DNA of 63,905 bases, filler included, from Choristocarpus tenellus KU-1152 (GCA_964200185.2; 12 parts of 12 records of this genome joined end to end with filler, not necessarily neighbours in it), one strand, 5' to 3'; positions 52,063 through 63,905 are shown, counted from the first letter of the whole stretch. The notes: generated by a model not told the origin, from the letters alone. Numbers and translations: made by a program.

Positions 52063-53359
52063 ACGTCTTAAGCATTTGTATTTTGGCTGATCAACTGATA
52101 TTGTGTCATGGTTGCAGCATGATCACACTGATCACAACCCATCACCTCCCAAGGATATGTACCATTGCTGTTTGAATATACTCCTTTATGGGTAACACAC
52201 CTTTGCTTAGCTTGCTGCTTGGTAGACTGCTACTCATCATCACAGTGGGAAAAGGTGCACTGACTCAAGACTGAACCATACAAAGAAGTAAAATAATGTG
52301 ATATTTATGGTGTTGTGAATCACGACCTGTTATCTGGGTCAGTTAACCTGTATTTGAGAATTAACCAAGTAGTCTCTCAAGGAAAAAAATCATATTTTGT
52401 GAAACTGCTACATCATCCCTAATTTTTTATTTTTTATTTTTATTGTGAAGTTCAAAGTAGTACAGATACAGGTTTTTTAGTCTATGTGCTTTCTCTCCTC
52501 TCATGGCATCCAGAGAAATCCATGTATATAATAAATCAATTCAAACCATGATATATCCATCTTCACTCTTCTAATTCAACTCCTCAGCCACAGACTTTTC
52601 AACCTGAGCTAAGCAACAACTATTCTGTCTTAGATGTAAGCAGTAGGTCACTTTTCTGGTAATGGGGAAGGAACACAGTTTTTTTTGTCTTCAGGAGGGT
52701 CCCTCACCAGACAGGGGGTATACTACCATACAGTGCCTCTGTACCATTCAGTGCTTCCTGTGCCGCAATTAATTTTTTGATGAGCTCACTCGGTTCACAG
52801 ACTCTAGATATTTGCACCCAGTAGTAATTATTGATGTGTGATAAACTCCTGTCCAACTGAAGACTGTAACATGCAGAGCAATATTAAAACACCTTGATAT
52901 TTGAACGTGTAACCTACTATCATATATTGCTTATGGCATAGTACTAATGGCGCACATTTTTGAACTGCTGGTGATGATGTATGAACAATTAAGAAGATTT
53001 TCTGTTTCTTTTGTACCAGCCCATAGTTCTAATGGAAGCCCACAAATACAAAATGTTGCCTGCCAGCTTAGATTTTTTTTTGCTGTGACCGAGTGATACC
53101 TTTGATTTCTATGTGAAGTTCTTTGTTGTACTCAACAGACCTTGTAGTAAAGTACCTGGCTACAAATGGGTCAGTGAAATGCACCCCCTGCCCAGTAACC
53201 TCATTCATTTTACCACTCCAGATTACTTGGAAAAGACCCAGACTGAACAGGTCAAAAGGGACCTGATGTGGACCACTAGAAGAGAATGTGGCCAACAGGG
53301 TTATGACGAATGCAAAGAACAGCCTATCAGCAAAATTGAGGATGAAGCATTTCATGGAG

Positions 53360-53459
53360 NNNNNNNNNNNNNNNNNNNNNNNNNNNNNNNNNNNNNNNNN
53401 NNNTTAATTAATTAANNNNNNNNNNNNNNNNNNNNNNNNNNNNNNNNNNNNNNNNNNNN
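53360..53459. other. Artificial contig linker
   Basis: N44-TTAATTAATTAA-N44. Confidence 0.97.
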
Positions 53460-53655
53460 TACTACTACTACATTACTACTACTACATTACTACTACTACA
53501 TTACTACTACTACATTACTACTACTACATTACTACTACTACATTACTACTACTACATTACTACTACTACATTACTACTACTACATTACTACTACTACATT
53601 ACTACTACTACATTACTACTACTACATTACTACTACTACATTACTACTACTACAT
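53460..53655. repeat. (TACTACTACTACAT)14 perfect tandem repeat
   Basis: 14 identical 14-bp units starting at the contig edge. Confidence 0.95.
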
Positions 53656-54106
53656 TCCCGATTCCAAACCCAATACGCTGTGTGCTGCGCCTTGGTCTGT
53701 TCATTAACCACCAGATATGCACAACAGTAGTAGCAGTTTCACTTTGATGTGTACTCCTAAACAGACAAAAGATCCGCAGCCAATGATGTCAGGTGACAGC
53801 CAATTCGACCCTTGACTGCCCACTAACAATTTTTTGCCTGGTCTGACGCCCTTGACCGCTATTTCAATAAAGGGTTAGGGATATCAAAGGGAGGGATACC
53901 GGAATAAATAATAATACCAGTAATTGATAATACCAATACTAGATAATGCCAATAATTGATAATACCAATAATTGATCAACGATACACACTGAAATTACAT
54001 AATTTTTTCTCCCCACCAAACAATTCTGAAGCTTGCGTATGGCGTGTTGGTGTAAATATTCAACTTGGTGGAATTGATGACATACAGTGGATCCCTCGAT
54101 ACACAC

Positions 54107-55743
54107 CTGCTTCGGAACAGTCCGTCAGTAACCAGTAAGCTATCCACCGCCATTTCCTCCGTGGCCCTCAAAACATGCTTTGGTTGCACATGCACAGAAC
54201 ATGTGTAGTATGTGTAACATGCAGGAAACGATCATTAACCAAAAGTTGTGTAGTAGGAGAAAGCTCATTGGAGAGAAAGAGAGAGCGTGAGTATCAGCCC
54301 TTTCTGAGAGAGTACTATTTCTGAGAGAGTACTATCCCCTTCAAAATGCCGGTTTCCTACACTCCCACCCCCAACACTACAGTCAGTCAGTCACCCTGGC
54401 AGAACTCAACAAACCCTGAATCACTGTAACTTCAAAATGCCTTGTGTAGCCTTTCAAGCACGGAGTGTTGTGTTTCCCCAACCGCATGCCGCCATTTCCC
54501 TTTCAATTCAAGAATAAATAAATTTCCAGTAAAGCACACACCATGAGACCCCCTCAACCATCACCATTCCCATCACCACCATGTAACACCAAACGGTCAC
54601 GACAAGGGAGCCAATATATCAATTCACTCCAAACCAGTAGAGCAGCATACAATGGAACACAAGCAGATGCCCACCTCCATTCCAAGTGACCCCCCCCACA
54701 CACACCAAATCACCCCGTCCGTCAACACAACATGTTTCCTAGGTCTCCTCAAAACAGCCGATACACATTCAACACACACCAGCCAGTCCCCCCACCCCTC
54801 TCACTATTTACATCCTCAAATGCCAGCTGTAACACCAGTTGCTCACATTATATCCATAAAAGGCTCTGTCTGGATTGTTCTTGAGCATCGTAAAGAAGCT
54901 CCCCAACGCCCGTATCTCCTCAGCTGCCTTAGTATCCGCCAGCCGAGACAGCACCTGGGGCTGGGAGAGGATCTCCTCCACCGCTCGTTTATGCCCTGAT
55001 GAGGCATGCACCAGCACAAACTTTGATTTGTTCTCAATAATAACCTTTCTTGTCGACATTCGAGGGGGACATATACCCCCATGCACACAGTGGGCAACAG
55101 CGGTGAGAGGAGAGGGGGAGGGGGGGAGGGGGGGAAAGGCAAGAAAGAAGGAGTGAGTAGAATGTTTCGAGAGGGAATATCATTAGAGGGGTGCAATTTA
55201 CACCTACCAGTAACTGCTCAACTCACAGCTAGCTTGGGTTGCACTCGATGGAAGAGTAAAAATATGTATACTTCAAACTGTCCAGGACTATGGCAAACGG
55301 ATCAATGAGCTTCCCCCTAAAATCTATTATTGCTCATTGTGAACATCTGTGATGGTACTGTCTATAGGGAAGAAAAGAGGTGACGTTACAACTTCTGTGA
55401 AGTGCTTGGGACGGGGGGAGGGGCGGAGGGCCTGACTGATTGTTACATTGGCAGATTGTGAGGTTCTCTTGTGCAGAAAGCAAGAGTATAGCCGTAGATC
55501 ACAATGTTGACAGTTCTTTGCAGCAGCTTCCGATCCAAAGATACCCCCCCCCCCCCCAACTCCCCTCACAACTCTCCACACACATGAAGACTCGAGACCA
55601 TCTCTTACTTACCCTGTCCTCCCTGCGCGTGGCTTCCAGATTCATGAACTCAAAGAAGTCGTCCTTGACAAATCCTGGACTACCCAAGAGGGTGCACTTG
55701 ATCTGCTGAAAGTTGATGTGCCTCAAAATTGCCTGAGAAAATA

Positions 55744-55781
<38 letters not shown>

Positions 55782-58700
55782 CATAATACAAAAAAAAACA
55801 CCAAGTGGCGGTGGGGAGGGGTGTGGTAGAGCTTAAGGTAATGGGAGTAATGCATCCCTTGGAGGACTCATCCCAAGAAGCATACAATGGTCTATTACAG
55901 CATAAGTTCATTCAAGCAACATGATGTTCAACTCGCACTTCATATTTTGTAATTTTGTCCTTGAAACATGAAGGGGATTCACACCAGCCTATATTTTCGG
56001 GCCCCTGAGTGACAAACATTACTTGAAGAGAGCGCAATTTGGGAGGCCCAGAAATCCATTCCTAGGACTCCCCAGTCCATGCCCTTTTAATGCCCAAATG
56101 CATCCCAAAGGACATCCTCCATCCACTAGGATGGATATTGGAATAGTATACCTCACATTTCACTACCTGGTGCACACCCTACCACAATATCACAACCAAA
56201 ATTTTAAAAAATCAAATCCCACACTCAAAACAGCCTAGAAACCTATCTTCCAGGCGTGAACTTTCTCCAGTTCTGGCTGAGACAGCCCCTCATGACTCAA
56301 TCCTTGAAAAAAGATTGGTTTGCTATACACTGACACTTACTGCACCACCGAAGTGTGTGGTCAGACAAGAAAACCACCCCAAAAATAGCTCATCATGTCG
56401 GCCAGGAAAAATGAGTGCAAATATATGCCCAAGCCTATCCCTAAGCCATGCTGCTTTGAGAGTCACTTGAACAGATACCGTAAGACGTCTTACACCTATC
56501 AGAGTGCACAGTGCTTTGACATGCGCTGACTCTTAGAGTGTATACTGCAGAGACAAGAACAGTTTCCACCTCATCAAGCAAGTTGCATAGGAAACCTGAT
56601 CTGACTGTTCCTCCCACAATCAGAGCACCTCACCAGTCCCTGTTTTTGGTTCCCGCCCCTACTGGAACCACCCTTAGATCCAGTCATACGCTGGCACTTA
56701 GTGTGGTCACCTAAAAGCTGCAATGCGGTGATCATGATGTCTAGGGTCAGGACTCTCTCTACTGCTGTAACAACATTTTTCAATCCCACTGTTCTCCTGC
56801 TATATGAGCAATGAACATGCAGTATGCCTCAGGTCACCCCCAATCTCCGGTGCTCAGAACCGACCTTGGTGGTCTGCCAACAACTCTTCCAACTCAGGTC
56901 TCAGTCTTCAAGGCCTTCGTCAACGTGCAACCAGCAAGTTTTGCCACCGCCACATCCATGCCAACCGCCACATCCATGCCAACCCACACTTTCGACAACT
57001 CCACCTTTCCTGCCTCAGAACTCATGATAGGGGTCGACTTTCCAGGAACAGAATTCGATGCACTGATCTGCTTACCAAACATACACTTTCTAAATATGAG
57101 AAAACGTACGTTACTTCTGTAAGCATAAAGGTCAAGTAACTATTGACTGGATGGTACAAGGAGAGGCCTTCAAACGACATTCCAATCACCCCCAAAGAGT
57201 CACAGTCCAGTTCAGCAGTCAAGATGAAGCAAATTGGCCTGAAACATGGACTGACGGGACTGAGAGCATTCTCAATACCCGATAAAAACTCCCTCTCAAC
57301 CTGTAACACCCGCACATTACCACAGAGCTTGTGCCCTAGCTCTCTCAAGCGCTAGGGTAAGCAATCACAACGCAAAATATGCTTTATATACGATAGCCCT
57401 AAACCTACCATCAAGTCCCACTAGACACATTACACCCCCCACAAAAAAAAACAACGCACCGGTCACTTCTACAAACCAGTCCAACCCAACCCCCTTCCAC
57501 TCTTCCCTTCCACTTCCTCTCAGGAATTGTCACACCTCATAAACTGCCTCGTAGAAGCGGGCCATGGCCTTTCGGTGATCGCTGCTCCCTCCCCTCTTCC
57601 TTGGTATATTCATCTCTATCCTAGCTTTCGTAACTGTCATATGCGATGTCACCAAACAAACATGCGCCAACCCACCCATCATCACCACAGCTGCCACTTC
57701 AGCCTATATATCACGAAAACGAGAATAGGAACCAACAGCAGAATTGTGAGTGATGTTAAGGGCGGGAAGGAGGAAACGGAGGACAACATGGGGAGGAGGG
57801 GGAGGATGTAAGGACAAAGAAAATTACACTAACTAATGTTATGCTGTACTGAGATAACCATGGTATGATGATGAGTGGTGTAAGCTGTGCTGCACTATGA
57901 ACCAGTGTGGGGATACAAGTTTAAGTTTCAGAGGAAGGAATGTGCCCAGTTTGTTTGGGCTAGAACATACTGCCACAGTGGGCTGTGCCAAGACTGACAA
58001 CATAGTTACCTGAATTGCATCCAGTGCTAGAGAGACAGGTACAAAATCAAAGTATCACATCCACCAGAAAAGCTTAACATGGCGATTATTAGGTAGTATC
58101 ATAAGATGCATTTCCCAGCAACCTACTCCAACTGAGAGTACTATTATAATTGTATTGTAACTATTATTCATCTTCGCATCACTCGGTAACAAGAACAAGA
58201 ACACGAACAAGAACAAGAACAAGAACAATACCATGAGTTTGGTGAGGGGAGTTCCTGAACCCATCCTGAATGATAGAATGACTCTCTCATAGCCTAGATA
58301 ACCACTCGTGGATACCTTTCTTCAAGTTGGGGATACATCCTTGAGACACTCAAATAAACTACTACAACTATGCACCCGTTATGGGATGGGTGATACATCC
58401 CAGAGCTGTTGGAGAAATAGAGATTCATCAGGATTTGGTGGTGGTGTTGGTGTGTGTGTGTGTGTGTACATGTTTGCGAATATAGCATTGCCATAGTACA
58501 ACAAGGTTCGAAGTGTGTTCATATTTGCAACTGTAGAGACCGTTCACCTTCTTTGAAGGATCGCTGGATGTGTCGATCCTCTCGAGGTGAATCAAGTCCC
58601 ACACATCCTTCTCTATGGAGAATACCTGGTTCATCTCCAGATCTAGCGTGTGATACGCTCCTTTCTTGAGGGAGAGGCATCATAGTGGAACATACAAGTG

Positions 58701-59599
58701 AGGTAGGGAGCAGGAACAGGGATATGGGAGTTGGCAAGGGCTTGGAGTAACTTGTTGCAGTGACTGTCTCAGTAGAATAGCAGGGGTATGGCTGGGGGTC
58801 GACGACGAGTAGGTATGCGGGTGTCTCACCTGGAAACACTATCCATTGCATTTAATACATGGATGGGGGGTGTTCACCACCGACTGCCATTCAACATCAT
58901 ACCGTTCCCAACCTTCTATACGCCACCATTACATACCTGCACTGAGCAATCTTGTCATTGAAACGACCTTACAACAAGCAAGTCAGCCTGGGTTTACATT
59001 AGAGTATTTTTATGCCATTCCTCCCACATTCTCCACACCCGTGCGAATTCCCCACCCTCCCTGGTGCTGGCCTTGTGCTGCGCACAGTGTACCTTGACGT
59101 GTGGGCTCTCCTCCACATTCCTGCCTGATAGTCGGAGAAGGCACGACCCTGAGTCGAAATCGACCCGCTCAACCGCGATGGTCAGATTTAGACGGACACG
59201 CTTACTGGTGGTGGAGCCAGTAGAGCTCTCATTCATCACCTGTTCGTTCAGTGGAATACAACAAGACTAAGTGGATCGATGTCTTTTGAGCCTCTCTCAG
59301 TCCCAATGATACTTCTACGAGCCCACAGTTCCATGAATCTGAAATGTGCAATGAAATAGCCACGGATACCTGCATCTCTTTCTGTTGCACCTCTTGGGCA
59401 TCTGATCAGCAATGTTTGCAGTTGGGGCATGGTGTTATCACAGTTGTCTCCACCTGACCTTTCGAATGGTGCTAGTCCGTACCCGATCACCGGCGGCGAT
59501 GAGGTTATAGGCGTGCCACATATCTTCTGACTCTTCTGCCTTCATCTTGACAATGCCATCGCCATCCTTCTCGCTTATCTGTCGATGGATGATCTTCAT
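54107..59599 (-). CDS. PELO: Pelota/Dom34 ribosome-rescue factor (3' incomplete). Exons 59599-59459, 59239-59093, 58664-58548, 57703-57536, 55732-55613, 55044-54847, 54177-54107
   Basis: EESEDMWHAYNLI, STIRKV, GAYHTLDLE, GLAHVCLVT, SPGFVKD, HASSGHK, PDRAFYG, LLVTDGLFRS; all GT-AG phases match. Confidence 0.96.
56300..57350 (-). mobile_element. Possible decayed gag-like retroelement remnant in pelota intron 4
   Basis: Gly-rich stretch then zinc-knuckle-like VRCSDCGRNSQ; heavily degenerate. Confidence 0.25.
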
Positions 59600-60273
59600 C
59601 TTGTTGACAATGTAGGCGCAAGTATGGAAGTGCTATAGACCGACCCTCTTGGAGTTTAAATCTGGAGGTTAAGGTTTCTCAGCTGTGGGATACCTCAGCC
59701 CTCATACCATACGACCTCAAACTCATCAAGCAGTCGTACTCTGCGACCTGTTGCACAGTCGGCAGGTTAGTCTTTTCTCTGTCTCTCTTCTTTGACATTA
59801 TAACATATGACAACGCCTCCGTCAACTATCACTTATTCAACAATAAGTACACGAGAAACACCTCTGATCTTTATGGGAGTAGCGCGAGGAGACTGCGACC
59901 AACGTTTCCGTGACAAATAGCAAGGGGGCCTGGCCTGTGAGTAATCAGAGCTGAAACGGCGGGTGTTTTGCTGAAGGATTTAGCAAAAAGCAATGCGTGA
60001 TCTCAGGAGACTGGTCAAGACATCTGCACTTTTGTGCGCCGTAGGTGCTCGAACTTTGGACGTGGTTGACTCCACTGAAGTTGTTTGCTGTATTTATGTC
60101 CATAAGGGATAGGAATCATGGCGAGCTAGAAGACAGGCACCTCGGCTATCACGTTTTATCCACCCATCCACTACTTCATGCACACATAGGTGTAATGGGC
60201 ATACTGTTCAAATGCACATATGTATCCCACCCTTGCCTCTCACCTAAAGATTCCTTCTGCCCCGAATTTGTAG

Positions 60274-61270
60274 GTCATGTTTCAGCATTTTCTCCCTTGC
60301 TTCCATTGGCTCAGCATGGTCTAGGACCTAGCTCGAGTCCAACCATCGGAAGAGGTGAGACTCCTGGACCACATCTTGGGACTGTGCTGTGGGCACTTCA
60401 TGCAACATTTTCCCCAACACTTTGCTTTCACTAGAGAGGAGAGGATGAATGACCTTATCCATTGCCGGCCTGCTCTGCAGGTGCCCTTGCGCTGCACTCC
60501 TTAAAGCTATGTCCGCGAGCGTCGAGGTTTCCTGTACTTCAAGCAGAGGGGGGATTAGAAGATGGCAAAGTGGGAAATCAGGAGGCAGGGAAATGGCAAT
60601 CCAAATCACGATGGTCGAAGGGTTCTAGGAAGCATTCAAAAGAGGGAAATGCCAAGGTGGAGGCTCCTGAAAAGAAGGATGACGATCCCGGCCAACCCAA
60701 GGTGAGGGCAGTGTGTCCAATCCCTCCCTTGCTGCGTGCAGTGTTTATTGTAACCCTGGGTCATTTTACACCAGCACCTAGATCTTCTTCTTTGTTTTTG
60801 CGTACTGTATACATTGCCAGGCGAATGTTTTTGGGCTGGCTTCGACTGCGACAAATTTTGGACTCATCCTGTTTGCATCTCAGTCTGAAAATCCCGATGC
60901 ACATCCCCCCCCGTTATCGCCCCCTGATTCCCTATCCCTTCATATGTACCTCCTAATGCATTTCAACAGAACATGTCATATAGAATCAATAAATAAGTCG
61001 AAATGTCTGCAATATGACTCCTGTTCGACAGTGGAGCTGAGGCATCTGTGAACAACATCCAGACTTAACTCCACAAATCGCTTTCCTGCACTGTTGCGTA
61101 TGCTCTCCCACAAACATTGCTACCCAATTTAATCCATCATGTGCCCTTGTTGAACATCATAGTTGACTCGGATACGCTTGAAGAAGTATAGTGCAAAGGA
61201 CTTTGCAGGCACCTCCTGGACCATAGCCATCCAGTGGAGGGGAGCCATGAACAATGTACAAGTGACAAAG
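60274..61270 (+). CDS. Unknown gene divergent from pelota, possibly plastid-targeted. Exons 60274-60354, 60481-60701, 61184-61270; start not resolved
   Basis: Three phase-compatible GT-AG exons; VSAFSP resembles the stramenopile ASAFAP motif, followed by an S/R/L-rich stretch. Confidence 0.55.
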
Positions 61271-61299
61271 GTGATAGTGATGGTCTCCTTCCCCCCCCC

Positions 61300-61399
61300 N
61301 NNNNNNNNNNNNNNNNNNNNNNNNNNNNNNNNNNNNNNNNNNNTTAATTAATTAANNNNNNNNNNNNNNNNNNNNNNNNNNNNNNNNNNNNNNNNNNNN
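61300..61399. other. Artificial contig linker
   Basis: N44-TTAATTAATTAA-N44. Confidence 0.97.
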
Positions 61400-61474
61400 A
61401 GGGTTAGTAAAAAAACAACCCCAACCCTCTATCTATGTATTTGAAGTACAAAATCTTACCGAATCGGACATGAT

Positions 61475-62027
61475 GAGTGAAAGTATCTTAGAGGGTATGA
61501 TTTTTGCCCCGTTTGTCCGTTTGGGGCTTGGCCTCACACGTTTTTTTCAAATACATTTTTCCTACTCCGAGATATTTTAGAGTAGTAGTAGGTGAAATAT
61601 TTATTATGTTTTGAAAAGGTGTGTATGGAACAAGGATATTGACACTCCCTAACATACACAACAGCCAAAATTTAATCAAAATCACAACATTGGATTTTGC
61701 CACAAACAGAAAACAAACTGAGAGCCAAAGTATCTTAGAGGGTAGAAGAGGTGCGTCCATTATTTGGGGGCCAAAATCAAACATTGCGATTTGAACATGA
61801 TTTTGGTCATCTTGTTTGTTAGGAAGTATCGATGTCCATGTTCTGGACACACCTTTTCATAACATTTACATTTTACCTACTACTCCAAAACGTTTTGGAG
61901 AAGGAAAGTGTCACAAAAAAAACTCACGGGAAGCCAAGCCTCAAATAATGGAGAAACAGGGCAAAACGTGTACCCTCTAAGATACTTTCACTCAGACTCG
62001 ACCCTAACCTCTAAGATACTTTGAATC
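61475..62027. mobile_element. Nested family A MITEs (inner copy 61722-61993 in opposite orientation)
   Basis: Outer left TIR at 61475, complete inner copy, displaced outer right TIR CCTCTAAGATACTTTGAATC ending 62027. Confidence 0.85.
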
Positions 62028-62099
62028 ACATAGCGATTGTCATAAACGTACAACAAGTCGATAATAAGAGACTTTTAGACATATAGTGTAATCCATGAA

Positions 62100-62411
62100 C
62101 CACTTTAAACGGTTAGGCCACTTTACACGTGCGTTAGGGTTTAAAAAAATACTAAATCCACTGAAAACCGTGCTTAGGGTTTTTTTTAATGCCAAGGACG
62201 CACTTTAGGGGTCTCACACGTTTCCAACTTTCAGAAAACCTAAGAGGTCGTTCCAACTGGTATCCACTATTTAAATAAACCTTAAATCCACTTCTTGGCG
62301 TCTTTAGGGTTTAAATAAACACTAGATAACATAAAAAAGAGGATCTATATTATTCCTTCTTACTGGTAAGCACTTCTACCGTTGAACACTCAGAACACAT
62401 GCGTTAGGGTT
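62100..62411. repeat. Cluster of dispersed TTAGGG motifs
   Basis: TTAGGG at 62134, 62174, 62205, 62304, 62404; TAAATCCACT at 62153 and 62283. Confidence 0.75.
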
Positions 62412-62759
62412 ACTCCAAAAGTAGAATGATATCCTAATCTTTACACCAACAAATACAGTTACATACCACATCCTTTATTGATCTCATACGTTCTAAACGT
62501 GATAGTAGGCCGAAAAGGTCACGAAAATACAGACACCCTCTGTCCCAGTTCAATATGAAATCCTATGCTGTTTGATATTCGTATTTTTGTAACGCAATTC
62601 TCATAAAAAATGTGCAATCTGAATTTTGAGGATCGAAAGGTCAGACGACATAAAACAGCACCCCCTATCCCTCAGTCCTCATTTCAATTCGTTCCCTTCC
62701 ATAGATACCAAGCAGACCTCTTACTTACACATCCCCATCACACCCTCCCAAACTTCCAA

Positions 62760-63656
62760 ATGTCCAACATTCCCTCAACAACAACCCAATCGCCCGCCGA
62801 TGGGAAAGGCATAGATACCAAAAGTCAGGACCTACCCCCTACTGGCATGTCCCAGCTATTGGATAAACATTATCTGGGGTCATACAAGGTGAAGCTGGGA
62901 AACGTAACATGCACAGATATGGTGCATCCCTTGAGCGAGACTGGCCTTGCGCGCGTTCACAAGTCCATAAAGGAGAAAGGCTGGCTGGATTAGTTTGCTC
63001 CAAGTGTTGTTATCCAGCGAGAACGTTTGGGAAATATGGATGAGCTAAACGCGGCCACAGCGCTTGCCATTGAAGGGCGTGTGTTGGATGGGAATCACAG
63101 AGTGACGGTGTTGAAGAGAGTGTTTGATCCCGAGCACGCTTTCACCATGCGGATACACATGGAGCTCGAGCAAACTGAAGAAAGGCTAATTGCCAATGGT
63201 GGGTGATGGTCTGTTTTCGTTGTTCCATAAACGCCTGACCGTTCAGATCAACCAAGCACCGAAGTAATGTAGTGTTTTCGTTGTTCCGTGATCGCCTGAT
63301 GACTATTCTGATATACGAAGTTGTCGAGTTTCCCCTTCCTATTTTCATTGTCAGTCAGTCCATTGTGGATCTTTTGGTTGCTCATGTTTTTTATTCCTCA
63401 TGGTATTCTTGTCCACAGCAACATGTTTCTTGGTGCCGTAGGCCGCGTGTGTCCCGCGATCGCTCCCCACCTAACCCTTTTCCCGTTCGCCCACTGCACC
63501 ACTATGCTTATAGCATTCAACGACGCGACGGAGAGTGTGGTTGAGGGCACGTTATACGATAAGATATATTTTCAGCACAAGCTCCAAAAATCTATCAAGC
63601 GACAGAGGAAGAAGAAAGAAGTGTCACTTGGAGATATCCACAAGATGTACCATAAG
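62760..63656 (+). pseudogene. Spliced ParB/Sulfiredoxin N-terminal-domain gene with one in-frame TAG (62991-62993). Exons 62760-63198 and 63514-63656; 3' part not found
   Basis: VKLGNV...LSETGLARVHKSIKEKGWLD*FAPSVV...RVLDGNHRVTVL matches ParB-N box I/II; phase-1 intron joins IANA-FNDATE. Confidence 0.7.
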
Positions 63657-63905
63657 GTGAGAGAGTTGTCGACATTGGTGGGATGGTCGCGCTCTACTCC
63701 TCCTCTAGTTGGGTTACAGCTGTTGAGATATATCCCTGTGTCGAACTATTCAACCTAAGTTGAGATAGTTATCCCGCGTTTAGATACCCTGTCAACCAAC
63801 TTATTGATCTTCGAGTGACCATGTAGTATGTTTGTGTGGTTAACCACAGATGTGCAATAAATATTATTTCTTGATTGTTTTATCGACGGTGTTGCCTGAA
63901 CCCCC

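Noticed and set aside
53460-53655. Telomere array at a contig end
   Set aside because: Unit lacks G/C runs and lies just downstream of an internal pelota exon
24930-59599. Functional cluster of MYCBPAP, AK3, TauE, cyclin L and pelota
   Set aside because: Genes lie on different contigs joined artificially and have unrelated functions
4896-61399. Eleven identical TTAATTAATTAA palindromes as a biological repeat or CRISPR-like array
   Set aside because: Each is centred in exactly 44+44 Ns; it is an artificial six-frame-stop linker
13897-61850. Recurrent ORFs such as MG.QAPNGQTGQNSYPLRYFHS and SVNILVPDT.FHN
   Set aside because: Chance frames in family A MITE copies; indels do not preserve frame
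62991-62993. Genome-wide TAG reassignment
   Set aside because: No in-frame TAG in any conserved exon or in the 804-codon exon

Overview
Eukaryotic, intron-rich, transposon-littered DNA, not prokaryotic. Gene content and structure fit a flagellated photosynthetic stramenopile such as a brown alga or relative (inference). The window is 12 contigs joined by 11 artificial 100-bp linkers (N44-TTAATTAATTAA-N44), so adjacency across linkers is unproven. Spliced genes were rebuilt by hand from GT-AG sites and phase: MYCBP-associated protein, AK3-type adenylate kinase, a TauE/SafE-like membrane protein, pelota (all four incomplete at the 3' end), a complete two-exon ~884-aa helical protein, and a gene divergent from pelota. 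There are also orphan exons (PHD finger, PAM2-like, coiled-coil), a frameshifted 5'-truncated cyclin L copy and a spliced ParB/Srx-domain gene with one in-frame TAG behind a TTAGGG cluster. Mobile DNA: about 25 MITE copies in three families sharing a GR-N5-AGTATC terminus with mixed 3- and 4-bp TSDs, plus CRE-like and RTE LINE pieces, a Gypsy-type protease, a deleted Harbinger and a 93-bp retroposon with a 17-bp TSD. The best leads are the ParB locus, the unassigned MITE superfamily and a high rate of AAG splice acceptors. All family calls come from recalled motifs; no database search was run. No rRNA, tRNA or CRISPR array is supported.
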